Below, piece after piece: positions 47,212-55,981 of a stretch of DNA of 64,000 nt. Position 1 is the stretch's first letter. The number at the start of each line of letters is the position of its first letter. The notes under the pieces were generated by a model. That model worked only from the letters and a program-made list of their open reading frames with translations. It was not told where the DNA came from and made no database searches. Made by a program: the position numbers and the translations under genes. This DNA comes from Candidatus Eiseniibacteriota bacterium (GTDB taxonomy: Bacteria; Eisenbacteria; RBG-16-71-46; CAIMUX01; VGJL01), in NCBI GenBank assembly GCA_041946735.1, contig JBHGAY010000007.1, positions 1 to 64,000 on the forward strand, read 5' to 3'.

Positions 47212-48374
47212 GCGACGCGCGCCTCTCGCCGGCCGTTCGCTCCTGGATCGAGCGCGCGTGGAGTTCTCCTCCCGAGCCTGCTCCGCGCGGCGCCGTCGTG
47301 CTGACCGGCTTGTCCGCTCTCTATCGGATCGGCTTCGCGCTCGCCCCCGCTTTGGCGCTCGCCCGCCGCCGGCCATGTGCACGCGCCCCGATCCCGGTCG
47401 TCTCCGTCGGATCGATCCACGTCGGTGGCTCGGGAAAGACGCCGCTCGCACGCGAGATCGCCCGGATCGCGAGCGCTCGCGGTCTCTCGCCGGCCTTGGT
47501 CCTGCGGGGCTACCGGGGGACCTACCGGGGCCGGGCGGAGCACGTCGACGCGGGAGCCGAACATGCGGCCGAGCGGTACGGGGACGAGGCCGCCCTGCAC
47601 GCGGCGAGCGGGGCCCGCGTGTACGTCGCGCGACGGAGGATCGAAGGGGTGCGCGCGGCGGCGCGCGGGGGAGCGAAGCTTGCGATCCTCGACGACGGGA
47701 TGCAGCACCGCGCCCTATGCCGCGATCTCGAGATCGTCACGCTGCCCGACGATGCCCCTCTCGGAAACGGCCGCGCCCTTCCGCGCGGTCCGCTGCGCGA
47801 GCCGCCGGCGGCGTTGGGCCGTGCGGACCTCCTCGTCCTTGCGTATCGCTCCCCGGCGCGCGGGCCGTTCTGCGATCCGGCCGTCCTGCCGCGGCTTCGC
47901 CCCGGGATCCCGATCCTGAGCTGGCGGGCGGCGATTCGCCTTCGTCCGATCGCGGCCGGGGCCGTTGACGGGGTCGAGGCCGGCGCTGATGTTCCGGTCG
48001 CCGGCGATCGCGTCGGAGTCCTGTGCGGGATCGCGCGCCCTGCGACCTTCGAGGCGAGCCTGCGCGAAGCGGGGTTTCTACCGGCCCGGCGATTCGCTTT
48101 CGCCGACCATCACCGATTCACCGCGCAGGAGACTGCGGAATGCCGGCGCGCCGCTTCGCGTGAGGGGCTTCGCTGGCTCGTGACGACCGAGAAGGACGCG
48201 GTCCGCATTCCTGCCTGCCGGGAAGCGGAAGGTGAAGGGGAAGGCGAAGCGGAACCAGAAAGGGCAGGGGAAGCAAGGATCGTGGTCGCCGAGATGGATC
48301 TGCGCTGGAACGAAGAGGAGGCCCCCGAGACGATCGGGGACCTCCTCGAGCGATGCTTGGAAGGAGCGCGGTAG
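47208..48374 (+). CDS. lpxK: Tetraacyldisaccharide 4'-kinase
   Basis: SVGSIHVGGSGKTP, RGY, GDE, ILDDGMQH, LPRGPLREP, FADHH, TTEKDAVR. Confidence 0.94.
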   Translation: MSDARLSPAVRSWIERAWSSPPEPAPRGAVVLTGLSALYRIGFALAPALALARRRPCARAPIPVVSVGSIHVGGSGKTPLAREIARIASARGLSPALVLRGYRGTYRGRAEHVDAGAEHAAERYGDEAALHAASGARVYVARRRIEGVRAAARGGAKLAILDDGMQHRALCRDLEIVTLPDDAPLGNGRALPRGPLREPPAALGRADLLVLAYRSPARGPFCDPAVLPRLRPGIPILSWRAAIRLRPIAAGAVDGVEAGADVPVAGDRVGVLCGIARPATFEASLREAGFLPARRFAFADHHRFTAQETAECRRAASREGLRWLVTTEKDAVRIPACREAEGEGEGEAEPERAGEARIVVAEMDLRWNEEEAPETIGDLLERCLEGAR

Positions 48375-48398
48375 CCGTCGAGAGGCGGTCGCGCACGC

Positions 48399-48463
48399 TC
48401 TCCGCGTTCGCGCTTGCCTTGCGTTCTCCGCGTTCGCGCTTGCCCTGCGTCGCCGCGTTCGCG
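48399..48463. repeat. 26-bp tandem repeat, about 2.5 copies
   Basis: TCTCCGCGTTCGCGCTTGCCTTGCGT (48399-48424), TCTCCGCGTTCGCGCTTGCCCTGCGT (48425-48450), then partial CGCCGCGTTCGCG. Confidence 0.8.
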
Positions 48464-48492
48464 GCGTCCCGGTCTTCGGCCTCGGCCGGGGC

Positions 48493-49071
48493 CTACTTGG
48501 GGTCGGCCCAGTTCGCGCAGTGGACCGGCAGCGAGCCCTCGACGCGCACCGCGTCTCCGGAGTCCTCTTCTTTGCCGGTGATCACGATGTCGGCGGTGAA
48601 CAGCAGCTCGCCTCCGACCTGCAGCGATTGCAGCGGCGCCTCCATCTTGTAGCCGGCCGGCACGATCGTGATCTCCCCGGTCGCCGTCGATCCGCTCGGG
48701 ACCCGCAGGTGCATCGCCCCTTCGACGGCGTCGAGTTGCTCGGTCCCGTGGAACGTCACCTTGTACCGATCGAAGACGACCGCGCCGTACGGGCCGGTCG
48801 GATCGATCGAGAGGGCAGGATCGCTCGGCTGGTTGTGGATCTCCACGGCGACCTGGTCCTCGATAATGAAGTCGTCTTCCGTCCCCGGGACATCGTCGTC
48901 CCCGTTGTTGTAGACGTCGCTCTCGAGCGCCTGGCCGCCGTGGATCGACTCGATCCAGACAGCGGAGCGCGGCGCGCTCTCGTCGGAGCACGAGACAACG
49001 AGGGCGAGCAGAAGAGCGGCGGGAATCAGCGCGAGCAGCGTCCGCAGGCGCGGTGCGACATTCGCCGGCAT
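48493..49071 (-). CDS. Hypothetical lipoprotein
   Basis: GGAGG RBS; hydrophobic leader with lipobox-like LVVSC; acidic, beta-rich mature region. Confidence 0.75.
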   Translation of the reverse strand: MPANVAPRLRTLLALIPAALLLALVVSCSDESAPRSAVWIESIHGGQALESDVYNNGDDDVPGTEDDFIIEDQVAVEIHNQPSDPALSIDPTGPYGAVVFDRYKVTFHGTEQLDAVEGAMHLRVPSGSTATGEITIVPAGYKMEAPLQSLQVGGELLFTADIVITGKEEDSGDAVRVEGSLPVHCANWADPK

Positions 49072-49109
49072 GGCAAAACCTCCTCCGACCGAAGCCGGGG
49101 CGAATCCCT

Positions 49110-49138
49110 TTGCCGTACTTATCGTCCGCCGATATACT
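49110..49138 (+). promoter_or_regulatory. Putative sigma70 promoter of the nadB operon
   Basis: TTGCCG (49110-49115), 17-bp spacer, TATACT (49133-49138). Confidence 0.55.
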
Positions 49139-49199
49139 GCCCTGAACCGAAAAGGGGTAGCGTTTCCCGCGGGGGAGCGAGGACCAGAGAACGGGCAGG

Positions 49200-50789
49200 A
49201 TGATCACAACGGATTTTCTGGTATTGGGTTCGGGGATCGCGGGACTCCTCTTCGCCCTGACGGCCGCCAAGCACGGCACGGTCACCATCCTGACGAAGAA
49301 GGCGCGGGCGGACTCGAACACGGCGTGGGCGCAGGGGGGGATCGCTTCCGTCCAGGGCCGGGACGATTCGATCGATTTGCACCTCCGCGACACGCTGACC
49401 GTCGGCTCCGGGCTCTCACGTCCCGACATCGTCCGGCTGATCGTCGAGCAGGGGCCGCGCGCGGTGGCAGAGCTGGAGCGGCTCGGCGTTCGCTTCTCGC
49501 GCGAAGGGGACCGGCTCGCGCTCGGCCGCGAGGGGGGGCATTCGCGCCGCCGTGTCGTCCATGCGGGCGACTCCACCGGCAGGACGATCGAAGAGGCGCT
49601 CCTCGCGAGCGTCGCCGCTTCTCCGAACATCCGGGTCCTCGAGAATCACTGCGCGGTCGATCTGATCCGCCGCGCGAGGCTCGGGCCGGGCGCGGGGGAG
49701 GGCGTGGCGGGCGCCTACGTCCTCGATGGCGCGACCCGCCGCATCGTCCCGTTCGCCGCGCGCGTCGTGTTCCTCGCCACCGGCGGATGCGGGAAGGTCT
49801 ACCGCTTCACTTCGAATCCGGACATCGCGACCGGCGACGGGATCGCGATGGCGTTTCGCGCCGGCTGCCGCGTCGCGAATCTCGAGTTCATGCAGTTCCA
49901 TCCCACCTGCCTCTACCATCCCTCGGCGAAGAACTTCCTGATCAGCGAGGCGGTGCGCGGGGAAGGAGCGACGCTGACGACCGTGTCGGGCGAAAGGCTC
50001 GAGATCGATCATCCGATGCAGGACCTGGCGCCGCGCGACATCGTGGCTCGCGCGATCGACCGGGAGATGAAGCGGCGGGGCGATCACTACGTCCTGCTGC
50101 ACATGGAAGGAATCGGCGCGGATCGCGTGCGCTCCCGCTTCCCCGCGATCTACGAGACCTGCTTGCGCTTCGGCCTGGACGTCACGAAGCAGCCGATCCC
50201 GGTCGTCCCCGCCGCTCACTACATGTGCGGCGGGGTCGTCGTCGATTCGTGGGGACGGACGGACCTGCCGGGTCTCTATGCGGGGGGCGAGACCGCCTGC
50301 ACCGGCCTGCACGGCGCCAACCGTCTTGCGAGCAACTCGCTGCTCGAGGCGACCGTCTTCGCGCTGCGAGCGGCGGAAGACGCGGCCGCCCGCCTGCAGG
50401 AGATCGCGGCGGCGCCCGCGCTTCCCGCATGGGAGGTCGGCGCGGCGAGCCTTCCCAAGGAGACGGTGCTGATCGATGCCCACTGGGATCTCGTCCGGCG
50501 CCTGATGTGGGACTTCGTGGGGATCGTCCGCACCGATCACCGCCTCGAGCTCGCCTCCCGCTATCTCTCGATCCTCCGCAGCTCGATCGAGGCGTACTAC
50601 TGGGACTTCGTGCTGGACGCCGACCTGATCGAGCTGAGGAACGTGGCGCTGGTGGCCGAGCTGATCGTCCGGTGCGCTCGCGAGCGGCACGAGTCGCGCG
50701 GCCTGCACTACAACGAGGATCATCCGGCGGAGGACCCGGCCGAACAGCACGACACCGTCCTTCGGGATGAGATCGCCGTGCAGTCGTGA
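49200..50789 (+). CDS. nadB: L-aspartate oxidase
   Basis: GSGIAGL, AQGGIA, REGGHS, ATGG, QFHPT, LISEAVRGEG, LAPRDIVAR, PAAHYMCGG, GLHGANRLASNSLLE, ESRGLH. Confidence 0.96.
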   Translation: MITTDFLVLGSGIAGLLFALTAAKHGTVTILTKKARADSNTAWAQGGIASVQGRDDSIDLHLRDTLTVGSGLSRPDIVRLIVEQGPRAVAELERLGVRFSREGDRLALGREGGHSRRRVVHAGDSTGRTIEEALLASVAASPNIRVLENHCAVDLIRRARLGPGAGEGVAGAYVLDGATRRIVPFAARVVFLATGGCGKVYRFTSNPDIATGDGIAMAFRAGCRVANLEFMQFHPTCLYHPSAKNFLISEAVRGEGATLTTVSGERLEIDHPMQDLAPRDIVARAIDREMKRRGDHYVLLHMEGIGADRVRSRFPAIYETCLRFGLDVTKQPIPVVPAAHYMCGGVVVDSWGRTDLPGLYAGGETACTGLHGANRLASNSLLEATVFALRAAEDAAARLQEIAAAPALPAWEVGAASLPKETVLIDAHWDLVRRLMWDFVGIVRTDHRLELASRYLSILRSSIEAYYWDFVLDADLIELRNVALVAELIVRCARERHESRGLHYNEDHPAEDPAEQHDTVLRDEIAVQS

Positions 50790-50821
50790 CCGGCGAAAGA
50801 AACGAGACGAGGCGACCTCCC

Positions 50822-51187
50822 ATGGCAAGTCCCGAGGCGTTCGAGAAGATCGAGGAGATCGCGGTGAGCGACGGCCGCTTCCTTCCGGCCGCCTACCTGT
50901 TCCTGCTGCGCTGCATCGAACACGCGCGCCAGCGGCTCGACCGCGAGGGGCACGTCACCGGCCAGGAGCTGGTCGAGTCGGCGCGGCAGCTCGCCATGGC
51001 CGAGTACGGCCCGATGGCGAAGGCCGTGCTGAACCACTGGGGGGTCCAGAGGACCGACGACTTCGGGTCGATCGTCTTCCTCATGATCGATCACGGACTG
51101 CTCAGCAAGACCGCCGAGGACTCACCGGACGACTTCCGAGACCGGTTCGACTTCGACACGGAGTTCGTCCAGAACTATCGCTGGTGA
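50822..51187 (+). CDS. Minf_1886-like conserved hypothetical protein (alternative start GTG 50786)
   Basis: DGRF..AY.F, HVTGQEL, YGPMAKAVLNHWGV..TDDFG.IVF.MI..GLL.KT.ED..DDF. Confidence 0.75.
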   Translation: MASPEAFEKIEEIAVSDGRFLPAAYLFLLRCIEHARQRLDREGHVTGQELVESARQLAMAEYGPMAKAVLNHWGVQRTDDFGSIVFLMIDHGLLSKTAEDSPDDFRDRFDFDTEFVQNYRW

Positions 51188-51190
51188 GGG

Positions 51191-52189
51191 ATGCGTCGCA
51201 TCCTGCTCGCCCGCCTTCACTCTCTCGGGGACGTGGTCCTTTCCACCGGGATCGCCGCTCGCGTCGCCGGCGTCGAGGGCGCGCGTGTCGAGATCCTCAC
51301 GCTCCCTGCGTTCCGCCCGCTCTTCGCCGGCCTGCCGGTCGCGGCAATCTGGGATCCGGCGACGCTCCCTCGCAAGGCGGGATCGTTCGACCGGGTGATC
51401 GACCTCCAGGCGAGCGCCACGTCCCGGCGCATCCTCCGCGGCCTCGGCCCGCCGGCGCGGTGCCGCTCCCGCTCGGCGGCGCGCCGCTGGGTCGTCCTCT
51501 GGGGAGACCGCCCGCCGCGTCCCGCGATTCCGCACGCCGTCGTCCGGTACGCGGAGGCGGCGGGGATGGCCGGCGAGCCGGTTTCACGCCTGCGTCCGAC
51601 CGTCCAGGTCACGGAGGAGGAGCAGGCGGAGGCGCGGCGCCGTTTCCCGGCGGCTTGGGAGCGCACCGCCCGCCCGTGCGCAGCGCTGGCGACCGGGGCG
51701 TCACGCGCGATGAAGCGATGGCCCGAGGATCGCTTCGAGGCGGTGGCGCGCGCGCTCGAGGCGGAGGGATGGAGCACGATCCGGCTGGACCCACCGCGAA
51801 GCGGCGCCGGCCGGACGCTTGGTACCGGCCAGGTTGACGCCGATGGCTACGGCGAGGAGCCGGGCCGGGTGCGCGCTCCTCTCGGGCCATTGAAGGCGAT
51901 CCTCGCGCGGTGCCGGGCGCTGGTCTCCAACGACTCGGGCGTGATGCACCTCGGCGCCGGTCTGGGCGTTCCGGTGGTCGCCCTCTTCGGCTCGACGAGC
52001 CCTGTCTTCGGCTTCGCGCCGCTCGGCCCGCGCGACCGGGTGCTCGGACGCCCGCTCGAATGCCGGCCGTGCGCGGCGCACGGGGCGCGGTTCTGCTGGC
52101 TCGGCCATCGCCGGTGCCTCGAGGAGATCCAGGCCGGCGAGGTCGCGACGGCGGCGGCGGCGATCCTGCGGGAAAGGAGCCCCCGATGA
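51191..52189 (+). CDS. Glycosyltransferase family 9 (heptosyltransferase-like)
   Basis: RLHSLGDVVL, IDLQ, KRWP, SNDSGVMHL, LFGST, CRPC...C...C. Confidence 0.88.
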   Translation: MRRILLARLHSLGDVVLSTGIAARVAGVEGARVEILTLPAFRPLFAGLPVAAIWDPATLPRKAGSFDRVIDLQASATSRRILRGLGPPARCRSRSAARRWVVLWGDRPPRPAIPHAVVRYAEAAGMAGEPVSRLRPTVQVTEEEQAEARRRFPAAWERTARPCAALATGASRAMKRWPEDRFEAVARALEAEGWSTIRLDPPRSGAGRTLGTGQVDADGYGEEPGRVRAPLGPLKAILARCRALVSNDSGVMHLGAGLGVPVVALFGSTSPVFGFAPLGPRDRVLGRPLECRPCAAHGARFCWLGHRRCLEEIQAGEVATAAAAILRERSPR

Positions 52190-52842
52190 GCTGGAGCGAG
52201 ACGCTGATCCGCGTCGGCCTCGCGCTCGTTCTCGCCCTTCCGATCGGATGGGAACGCGAGTTCACGCGGAAGCCGGCCGGCCTTCGCACCCACCTTCTCG
52301 TCAGCCTCGGATGCTGCCTGTTCACGCTGATCGGCATCGACCTCGCGATGCGATTCCCCGGCGGCGCGTCCGACCCGGCCCGCATTGGGGCGCAGGTGGT
52401 CACGGGGATCGGCTTCCTCGGCGGCGGCGCGATTCTCCGCTGGGGCGGCGCCGTCCACGGGCTGACCACCGCCGCTTCGATCTGGACGACGGCTGCGATC
52501 GGGATGGCGGTAGGGAGCGGCTACTATCGAGGCGCAGCCGTCGCGGCGGTCGCCGCGTACATCGTCCTCGTGGTGGTCGAGCGCTGGGAACGGCGTTTCG
52601 CGGGGACGAAGCGGCGCCTGGAGCTGCGCGTGCGGGTCGCCGACCGCGAGACGGCCGAGCGGGTGCGCGAGATGCTCGGGTCGATGCGCGTCCGCACGAG
52701 CGAGGTGGCGATCGAGGAGATCGGGAGCGGGGAGACCTACCTTGTCGCGCGCGGCGCGTTGGGCTCCCGGGTCGTTCGCGCGATCTTCCACCGGCTCTCC
52801 GGCGATCCCGGGGTGCTGGGAATCGAGAGGCGGGACGGATGA
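52186..52842 (+). CDS. MgtC/SapB family protein
   Basis: IGWERE..KPAGLRTH, DPARIGAQVVTGIGFLGGG, GLTTAASIW. Confidence 0.93.
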   Translation: MSWSETLIRVGLALVLALPIGWEREFTRKPAGLRTHLLVSLGCCLFTLIGIDLAMRFPGGASDPARIGAQVVTGIGFLGGGAILRWGGAVHGLTTAASIWTTAAIGMAVGSGYYRGAAVAAVAAYIVLVVVERWERRFAGTKRRLELRVRVADRETAERVREMLGSMRVRTSEVAIEEIGSGETYLVARGALGSRVVRAIFHRLSGDPGVLGIERRDG

Positions 52843-54749
52843 GCACCATCGAGGACAGCGAAGCGGGCGATCGCCCGGGCGAACCTGCGGGATCCGGCGG
52901 CGGTCTGGCGTCGTCCGGCGCCCCGGCTCCCGCGGAGACTGCGGGGAGCGTGCGGCGCTTGCCGCCCGACCTGGTGGCGAAGATCAGCGCGGGGGAGATG
53001 ATCCTGCGGCCGGTCTCCGCCGCGAAGGAGCTGCTCGAGAACGCGATCGACGCCGGAGCTCGCCATGTTTCCCTCGAGGTGCGCGAGACGGCGGACCGCT
53101 ACCTCTCGGTCAGCGACGATGGCTGCGGCATGACGCCGGACGAGGTCCGGCTCGCGATCGAGCGGCACGCGACGAGCAAGCTCGAGCGGGAATCGGACCT
53201 TCTTACGGTGCAGACGCTCGGTTTCCGGGGCGAAGCGCTGCCGTCGATCGGACGGATCGCGCGTCTGACGATCGTCACCTCCGCCGACGGGACGACCGGA
53301 ACCGAGGTGCGCGTGTACGGAGGCGACTGCGAAGCGATTCGCCCAGCGCCGCGCGGCCGCGGAACGACGGTGACGGTCGAGGACCTCTTCTTCAACACGC
53401 CGGTCCGCAAGCGCTTCCTCCGCTCCCCGGTCGGAGAGATCCGCTTGATCCAGCGGCTCATGTCCTCCTATGCGCTCGCCTGTCCCGAGATCGACTTCCG
53501 CCTCGTGGTCGACGCTCGCGAGGTCGCCCGTTACGTGGCCGCGGAGCCGGTCGAACGGCTCGAGCAGGTCTACGGCCCCGGTTTCCGCAACAAGGTCCTG
53601 CCGCTGCGTGGCGAGCATCCGCGCGTGCGCGTGGGCGGATGGATCGGCATCCCCGAGATGGCGCGAGCGACCGCTCAGGGGCAAACGGTCCTCGTGCATG
53701 GGCGCTGGGTCAGCCATCCGCCGCTCGCGCATGCGCTCCGCCAGGGATACGGCGACCGCATCCCGGCGAATCGCCAGCCTTTCGCCGTCCTGCTGCTCGA
53801 TCCGCGCGCCGGGACCGTCGACGTTAACGTCCATCCGACCAAACGCGAGATCCGCTTCCTCGAGGAAGGTCTCGTGTACGCGGAAGTGGCGCGGGCGGTC
53901 CGCGAAGCGACGCGCCGGCTGATTCCCGCAATCGGCGGCACGGAGGAAGGCTGGCGGACGGTCGCGCGCGTCGAGCCGGAGGACGCGGCGGATGCCGGCC
54001 AGGCGCGCGGCGGTGGTGGCGGCAGCGCCATGCTTCCGCTCCCCGGGCTGATCTATGGACCGGAGGGGCGGACGGCGGAGGATCGATGGCGCGTGCGCGA
54101 CGCGGACGGCTCGACAGCCGACGAGGACCGTCCGGGCGGCGTCGCCAGACTCGATTCCGGCGCCTCACAGCCGGCGGCCGCGTCGATCCCGCTCTGGCAG
54201 GTCCAGGATCGCTACATCGTCGGGCACACGCGGCAAGGGATCCTGATCGTCGACCAGCATGCGGCCCATGAGCGCATCCTCTACGAGAAGGCTCTCGTCT
54301 GGCTCTCCGGGGAGCAGCCGACCCGCCAGGCCCTCCTCTTTCCGGTCACCGTGCGCCTGGAGCCCGGGGAGGCCCTGCTCCTCGAGGAGATCCTCGCCGA
54401 ACTGCATCGCCTCGGCCTCGACGTCCAGCCCTTCGGCGGCGACGAGGTGATCCTGCGAGCGGTCCCGGCCTCCTGGCAGGGGGATCCTGCGTCGATGCTG
54501 CACGACCTCCTCGAGGACCTTCGCGACCGCACGAGACGACGCGAGGAGCGGACGAGCGCCCTCGCGGCCTCCTTCGCCTGTCACAGCGCGATCCGGTCCG
54601 GCCAGAAGCTCGACCTCGCCTCGATGAACCGACTGATCGACGAGCTGTTCGCGACGAGCCTTCCGCACGGAGATCCTCACGGACGGCCGACCTACATGAT
54701 CCTTTCGGCCGAGGAGCTGGACCGCCGGTTCGGACGAACGGGAGGCTGA
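52835..54749 (+). CDS. mutL: DNA mismatch repair endonuclease MutL (ATG at 52839)
   Basis: ISAGE, KELLENAIDAG, DDGCGM, HATSK, GFRGEAL, DVNVHPTK, DQHAAHERILYE, ACH, PHGRP; ATGA overlap at 52839-52842. Confidence 0.95.
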
Positions 54750-54754
54750 TCCGC

Positions 54755-55753
54755 ATGCGCGAGCCGGCCGCCGCGAATCCGATCCGCGCCTTCCTCGTAG
54801 GGCCGACGGGCGTCGGAAAGACGGAGGTGGCGATCCACGTTGCGCGAGCGATCGACGCCGAGATCGTGAGCGTCGACGCGCGCCAGATCTACGAACGTCT
54901 CACGATCGGCACTGCCAAGCCGACCCCCGCGGAGCGCCACGCCGTCCGCCATCACCTGATCGACCGCCTCGACCCCCGCGAGCGCTGCTCCGCGGGGCGG
55001 TTCCTCTCGATGTTTCGCGAGACCCTCGACGATCTGCGGGCGCGTGGCCGTGCCGGTCTCGCCGTCGGGGGGGCGGGCCTCTATGTCGACGCCTGCCTCG
55101 GCCGGTTCCACGACCTTCCTCCCGCCGACGAGGCATTTCGCGCGCGCGCCCTGCGCATCGAGGAGCAGGAGGGACCGGGCTCGCTCCATCGGCGCCTGTG
55201 TGCGGTCGATCCGGCGACCGCCTCCCGTCTCGCTCCCCGCGATCTGCAGCGGATCGTTCGTGCGCTCGAAGTGTCGGAGCGCGCCGGGCGGCCGATGTCC
55301 GAGCTGTTCGCCGCAGCGACGGAGGCGGCGTGCCCGCCCGAAACGCCGGTCATCCTGCTCGATCGCCTCACGCGGGATCTCTACACGAGAATCGAGGCGC
55401 GCTGCGAAGCGATGCTCGCCGCAGGTCTGCTCCGCGAGGTGCGCGGGCTGCTCGAGGCGGGAGTGCAGCCGGACGCCGCGGGGATGAAGTCGGTCGGCTA
55501 CGCCGAGTGGATCGCATACCTCAGCGGCCGGATCGATCACGACCAGGCGCACGAGCTCTTCCTTCGCAACTCGCGCCGCTACGCCAAACGCCAGCGCACC
55601 TGGTTCCGGAACCGGCACCCCGACCGGATCGAGATCCGGATTCCCGAGGGCCAGCCGCCCGAAGCGACGGCCGCGCAAGTATTGGAGGTCCTGGACGCGC
55701 GCGAGCGCCGGGCGGGCAGGGATGGCCGCCGGGGGGACCGAGATGATCCTTGA
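54755..55753 (+). CDS. miaA: tRNA dimethylallyltransferase
   Basis: [46 protein letters not shown]. Confidence 0.96.
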   Translation: MREPAAANPIRAFLVGPTGVGKTEVAIHVARAIDAEIVSVDARQIYERLTIGTAKPTPAERHAVRHHLIDRLDPRERCSAGRFLSMFRETLDDLRARGRAGLAVGGAGLYVDACLGRFHDLPPADEAFRARALRIEEQEGPGSLHRRLCAVDPATASRLAPRDLQRIVRALEVSERAGRPMSELFAAATEAACPPETPVILLDRLTRDLYTRIEARCEAMLAAGLLREVRGLLEAGVQPDAAGMKSVGYAEWIAYLSGRIDHDQAHELFLRNSRRYAKRQRTWFRNRHPDRIEIRIPEGQPPEATAAQVLEVLDARERRAGRDGRRGDRDDP

Positions 55754-55778
55754 CACCCCCGGAGGGGGCACCTAGGCT
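55750..55778 (+). promoter_or_regulatory. Sigma70 promoter of tRNA-Gly
   Basis: TTGACA (55750-55755), 17-bp spacer, TAGGCT (55773-55778). Confidence 0.7.
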
Positions 55779-55796
55779 GGGAAACGCGGTGGCGAA

Positions 55797-55871
<75 letters not shown>

Positions 55872-55878
55872 AGTTCTC

Positions 55879-55916
55879 GCCGAAGGGCCCCCGCGCGGGC
55901 CCTTCGGCTCTTTGTT
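55879..55916 (+). terminator. Intrinsic terminator after tRNA-Gly
   Basis: Perfect 12-bp stem GCCGAAGGGCCC / GGGCCCTTCGGC, 6-nt loop, followed by TCTTTGTT. Confidence 0.8.
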
Positions 55917-55981
55917 CTGGGGATTCAGCTCGCCCCAATGGGGCCGGATCCCCACCGCCCGAGGTCGCGACGGAGAACAGA

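Noticed and set aside
48399..48463. Possible mini CRISPR array
   Set aside because: Repeats are directly adjacent with no spacers, and there are no cas genes.
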